Shown here in pieces: positions 61,373-64,000 of a stretch of DNA of 64,000 nt. The stretch comes from Octopus vulgaris. Its lineage: Eukaryota. The notes beneath the pieces are model-generated. The model was not told the origin of the DNA. It worked only from the letters and a program-made list of their open reading frames with translations, and made no database searches. Position numbers and translations under genes: made by a program. The DNA lies in NCBI GenBank assembly GCA_951406725.2, contig OX597824.1, positions 86,738,001 to 86,802,000 on the forward strand, written 5' to 3'. Position 1 is the stretch's first letter, and every line of letters begins with the position of its first letter.

Positions 61373-63620
61373 GTAAAATTTTTCACTGGTTTATATATGA
61401 TATTTTAACCCTTTCATTACTGTATTTATTTTGAGATGCTTTGTGTTTCTTTCAATTAATTTTAAATATAACAAAGAATTTAGTAAAAGAACTTGGTTAT
61501 CATTCAGCTAGTGTTATGAACATAAATTGTGACTAAGGTTTGGTCACTAAGGTTTGGTGGAAGATTTTAATTCAAAACTTATGAAAACAAGACATTTGTA
61601 CCCAGAGCCAGAGCTGGTTTCAGCCAGGTTGGTAACGAAAGGGTTAAAGTGCAGTTTAAAACCTGAATGTCCACTTTGTCTATGGATGAATCTGTGTGTG
61701 GTGTGTGTGTGTGTGTGTGTGTGTATAAAACGTCACCATCTTTATGTTTTTAATATTCCAACATTGAAGAAATGTGAATAGATGTTCAAGGCACTAAAAT
61801 ATCAGATTAAGTGCATTCAAATTGTGAGTTTTAACCTCTCCATTTCCATATCATCCTCCTCTTCCTCCTACTATCCTTTGACCATGTGGTCATTTGGGCA
61901 TTTGTTGATGATGCCATAATCAGATTTCACCACCTCCTCCTTTCTTCTTCCCTCTGTGAGTTAGCAAAATTGATGCTCTCAGAGTGGTTGGTGTTAGGAA
62001 GGGCATCCAGCTGTAGAAGCTCTGCCAGATCAAGATTGGAGCCTGGTGCAGCCATCTGGTTCACCAGCCCTCAGTCAAATCGTCCAACCCATGCTAGCAT
62101 GGAAAGCGGACATTAAATGATGATGCTGATGATGATGATGATGATAATGCCTGTCCACTCTTTGATGTTAACCCTGGCAATGACCAACTCACTATGGGTT
62201 CTGGTCTGGTTGTTGTCCTCATGAATGTATCATTAATCACAACACTATACTCTGGTGTAGTTGAGTTTATTTTTTTTTTAAGTGCCCCAGCATGACCACA
62301 GTTTTAAAGCTGAAACAATTTAAAGATTAACAATTGCAGTGTGGAAGGTGTTTATAAGCCATTTAAGAAACACACAAAAACCGTTAGATTCACTTCAACA
62401 TTTAAATTTAATTTGTCAAAATGCAGCATGAAGTTTTGTCAGTGAACAAGTCACGGTCTCAAAGTGACGAAAATATTTTGGCAAATTACATTTAAATGTT
62501 GAAGTGAGTCTAATGGTTTTTGTGTGTTTCTTAAATGGCTTATAAACACCTTCCATGCCGCAATTGTTTTCGTTCCAGCACACGATCTTAGATCAGGTCA
62601 CTTGCTATGCAAGTACATCTCCGTAAATTTAAAGATTTATATCTTTCAAGTACATGTTGACCTCACCAGTGTTAATGCTTTGTAAAAAGAAAAATTACCC
62701 AGTACCCTCTGTAAAGTGGTTGACATTAGGTAAGGGCATCCAGCTGTAGAAACCACACCAAGGCAGACGTTGGGGCTCAGTGTAGCCCTGTGGTTTGTCA
62801 GTTCCTGTTCTGGACTCATCCACCCCATGTTAACATGGATAAAGAGATGTTGAACGTGTTTGAAAGTGTTTAGTTATAAAAAATAATTTTTTAAATCTGT
62901 CGGTCAAAAGGTAAAGATCCGGTTTCTATACCGTTCCCATGTAACAAGTCCACTCACAAGATATTGGTCAGCTTGCAGCTATGGCAGAAGACATTTGCTT
63001 AACACTTTAGCATTTAAATTGGCCAAATCCAGCCTCTCACACTTACCCTACAATATTGTTCTAGAAAATAAACACTCATGTCAATGAAATCTCAAAACTA
63101 CAAAATAATGTATGATTAATTCAAATCGATAAGCATTACACTTGATAAAACGTAATCGTTTAATGTCCGCTTTCCGTGCTAGCATGGGTTGGACGGTTCG
63201 ACTGTGGTCTGGGAAGCCAGGAGGCTGCACCAGGCCCAGTCTGATCTGGCAGTGTTTCTACAGCTGGATGCCCTTCCTAATGCGAGTGTAGTGGGTGCTT
63301 ATTATGTGCCACCGGTGCAGGAGCCAGGCGAGGCTGGCAACAGCCACAATCGGATGGTGCTTTTTACGTGCCACCGGCACGGGGGCCAGGCGAGGCTGGC
63401 AAACGGCCACGATCGGATGGTGCTCTTTACGTGCCAGGGTTAAGGTGTCACACATTGGAACAGAACCCTAAACCACATGGCTGCAAAGCTAAACACAAAA
63501 AGCACACAGCCGTGCCTATACCTATTACTTAATTATATTGAAATTTTTGCTACTATTTCTATGTTAAATATTGATCTGGCTTCTTCAGGTTAAAATATTT
63601 TTCGTTTTTCTATTTTTTAG

Positions 63621-63689
63621 GCAGTTGTGAAGTATATGTTACCCTTGTGTTTGGTATATATTGCTGAGTATTATATTAATCAAACATTG
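63621..63689 (+). CDS. CLN3: Battenin exon 12; gene continues beyond window
   Basis: KYMLPLCLVYIAEYYINQTL hallmark; 69 nt; GTAAG donor. Confidence 0.95.
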
Positions 63690-64000
63690 GTAAGACAAAA
63701 CAATTTATTTTTCCCTCTATTACATTCTCTCTTACTCTGTCTCAGCTTTCTTTTTTTTTATTGTATTTGTAGTGTAACTGTTTGAATATGTGTTGTTTCC
63801 TTTTCTCTCCCATCTGCTAGTATATGACTGTCTTTCACCCTTTTCAAGCCTAGCCAGGCTCATGGGCCTGGTTTCCCGGTTTCTGTGGCGTATGTGTTCT
63901 GCCCCAGCTGGACGGGATGCCAGTCCATTGCAGCATTACTCAATTTTTTTAAGGTACCAGTTTGAAGAGAGAGTGAGAAGTTAAAGGAATTGCAGCGAAA

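Overview
AT-rich, repeat-dense eukaryotic DNA, probably octopus or another coleoid cephalopod (inferred from the tRNA-derived SINE families, microsatellites and Penelope remnants; not database-confirmed). Four protein-coding genes are supported. (1) A divergent ATF3/Fos-like bZIP gene (+, coding exons 5750-5920, 6842-6949, 7793-8824, about 436 aa) with a degenerate leucine zipper. (2, 3) Two intronless RDH11/12/14-like short-chain dehydrogenases (13698-14645 +, 27366-28313 -) facing each other in an inverted duplication. Their CDS core and ~1.3 kb 3' flank are nearly identical, while the promoters and two substrate-binding segments are strongly diverged, which suggests gene conversion with protected specificity islands. 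(4) The first 12 coding exons of CLN3/battenin (+, from 40117, continuing past the window end). The CLN3 introns hold an 11-copy tandem array of the exon-10 splice acceptor, an ectopic copy of that array upstream of exon 9, a ~360 bp near-perfect hairpin, a 26-bp satellite and a nested pogo transposon. Several Penelope-type remnants carry type I hammerhead ribozyme motifs, with canonical and putative 3:8-covariant cores. The remainder is mariner, Helitron, MITE, SINE, LINE fragments and simple repeats. Most short ORFs in the supplied track are repeat artefacts. Repeat boundaries are read by eye and approximate.
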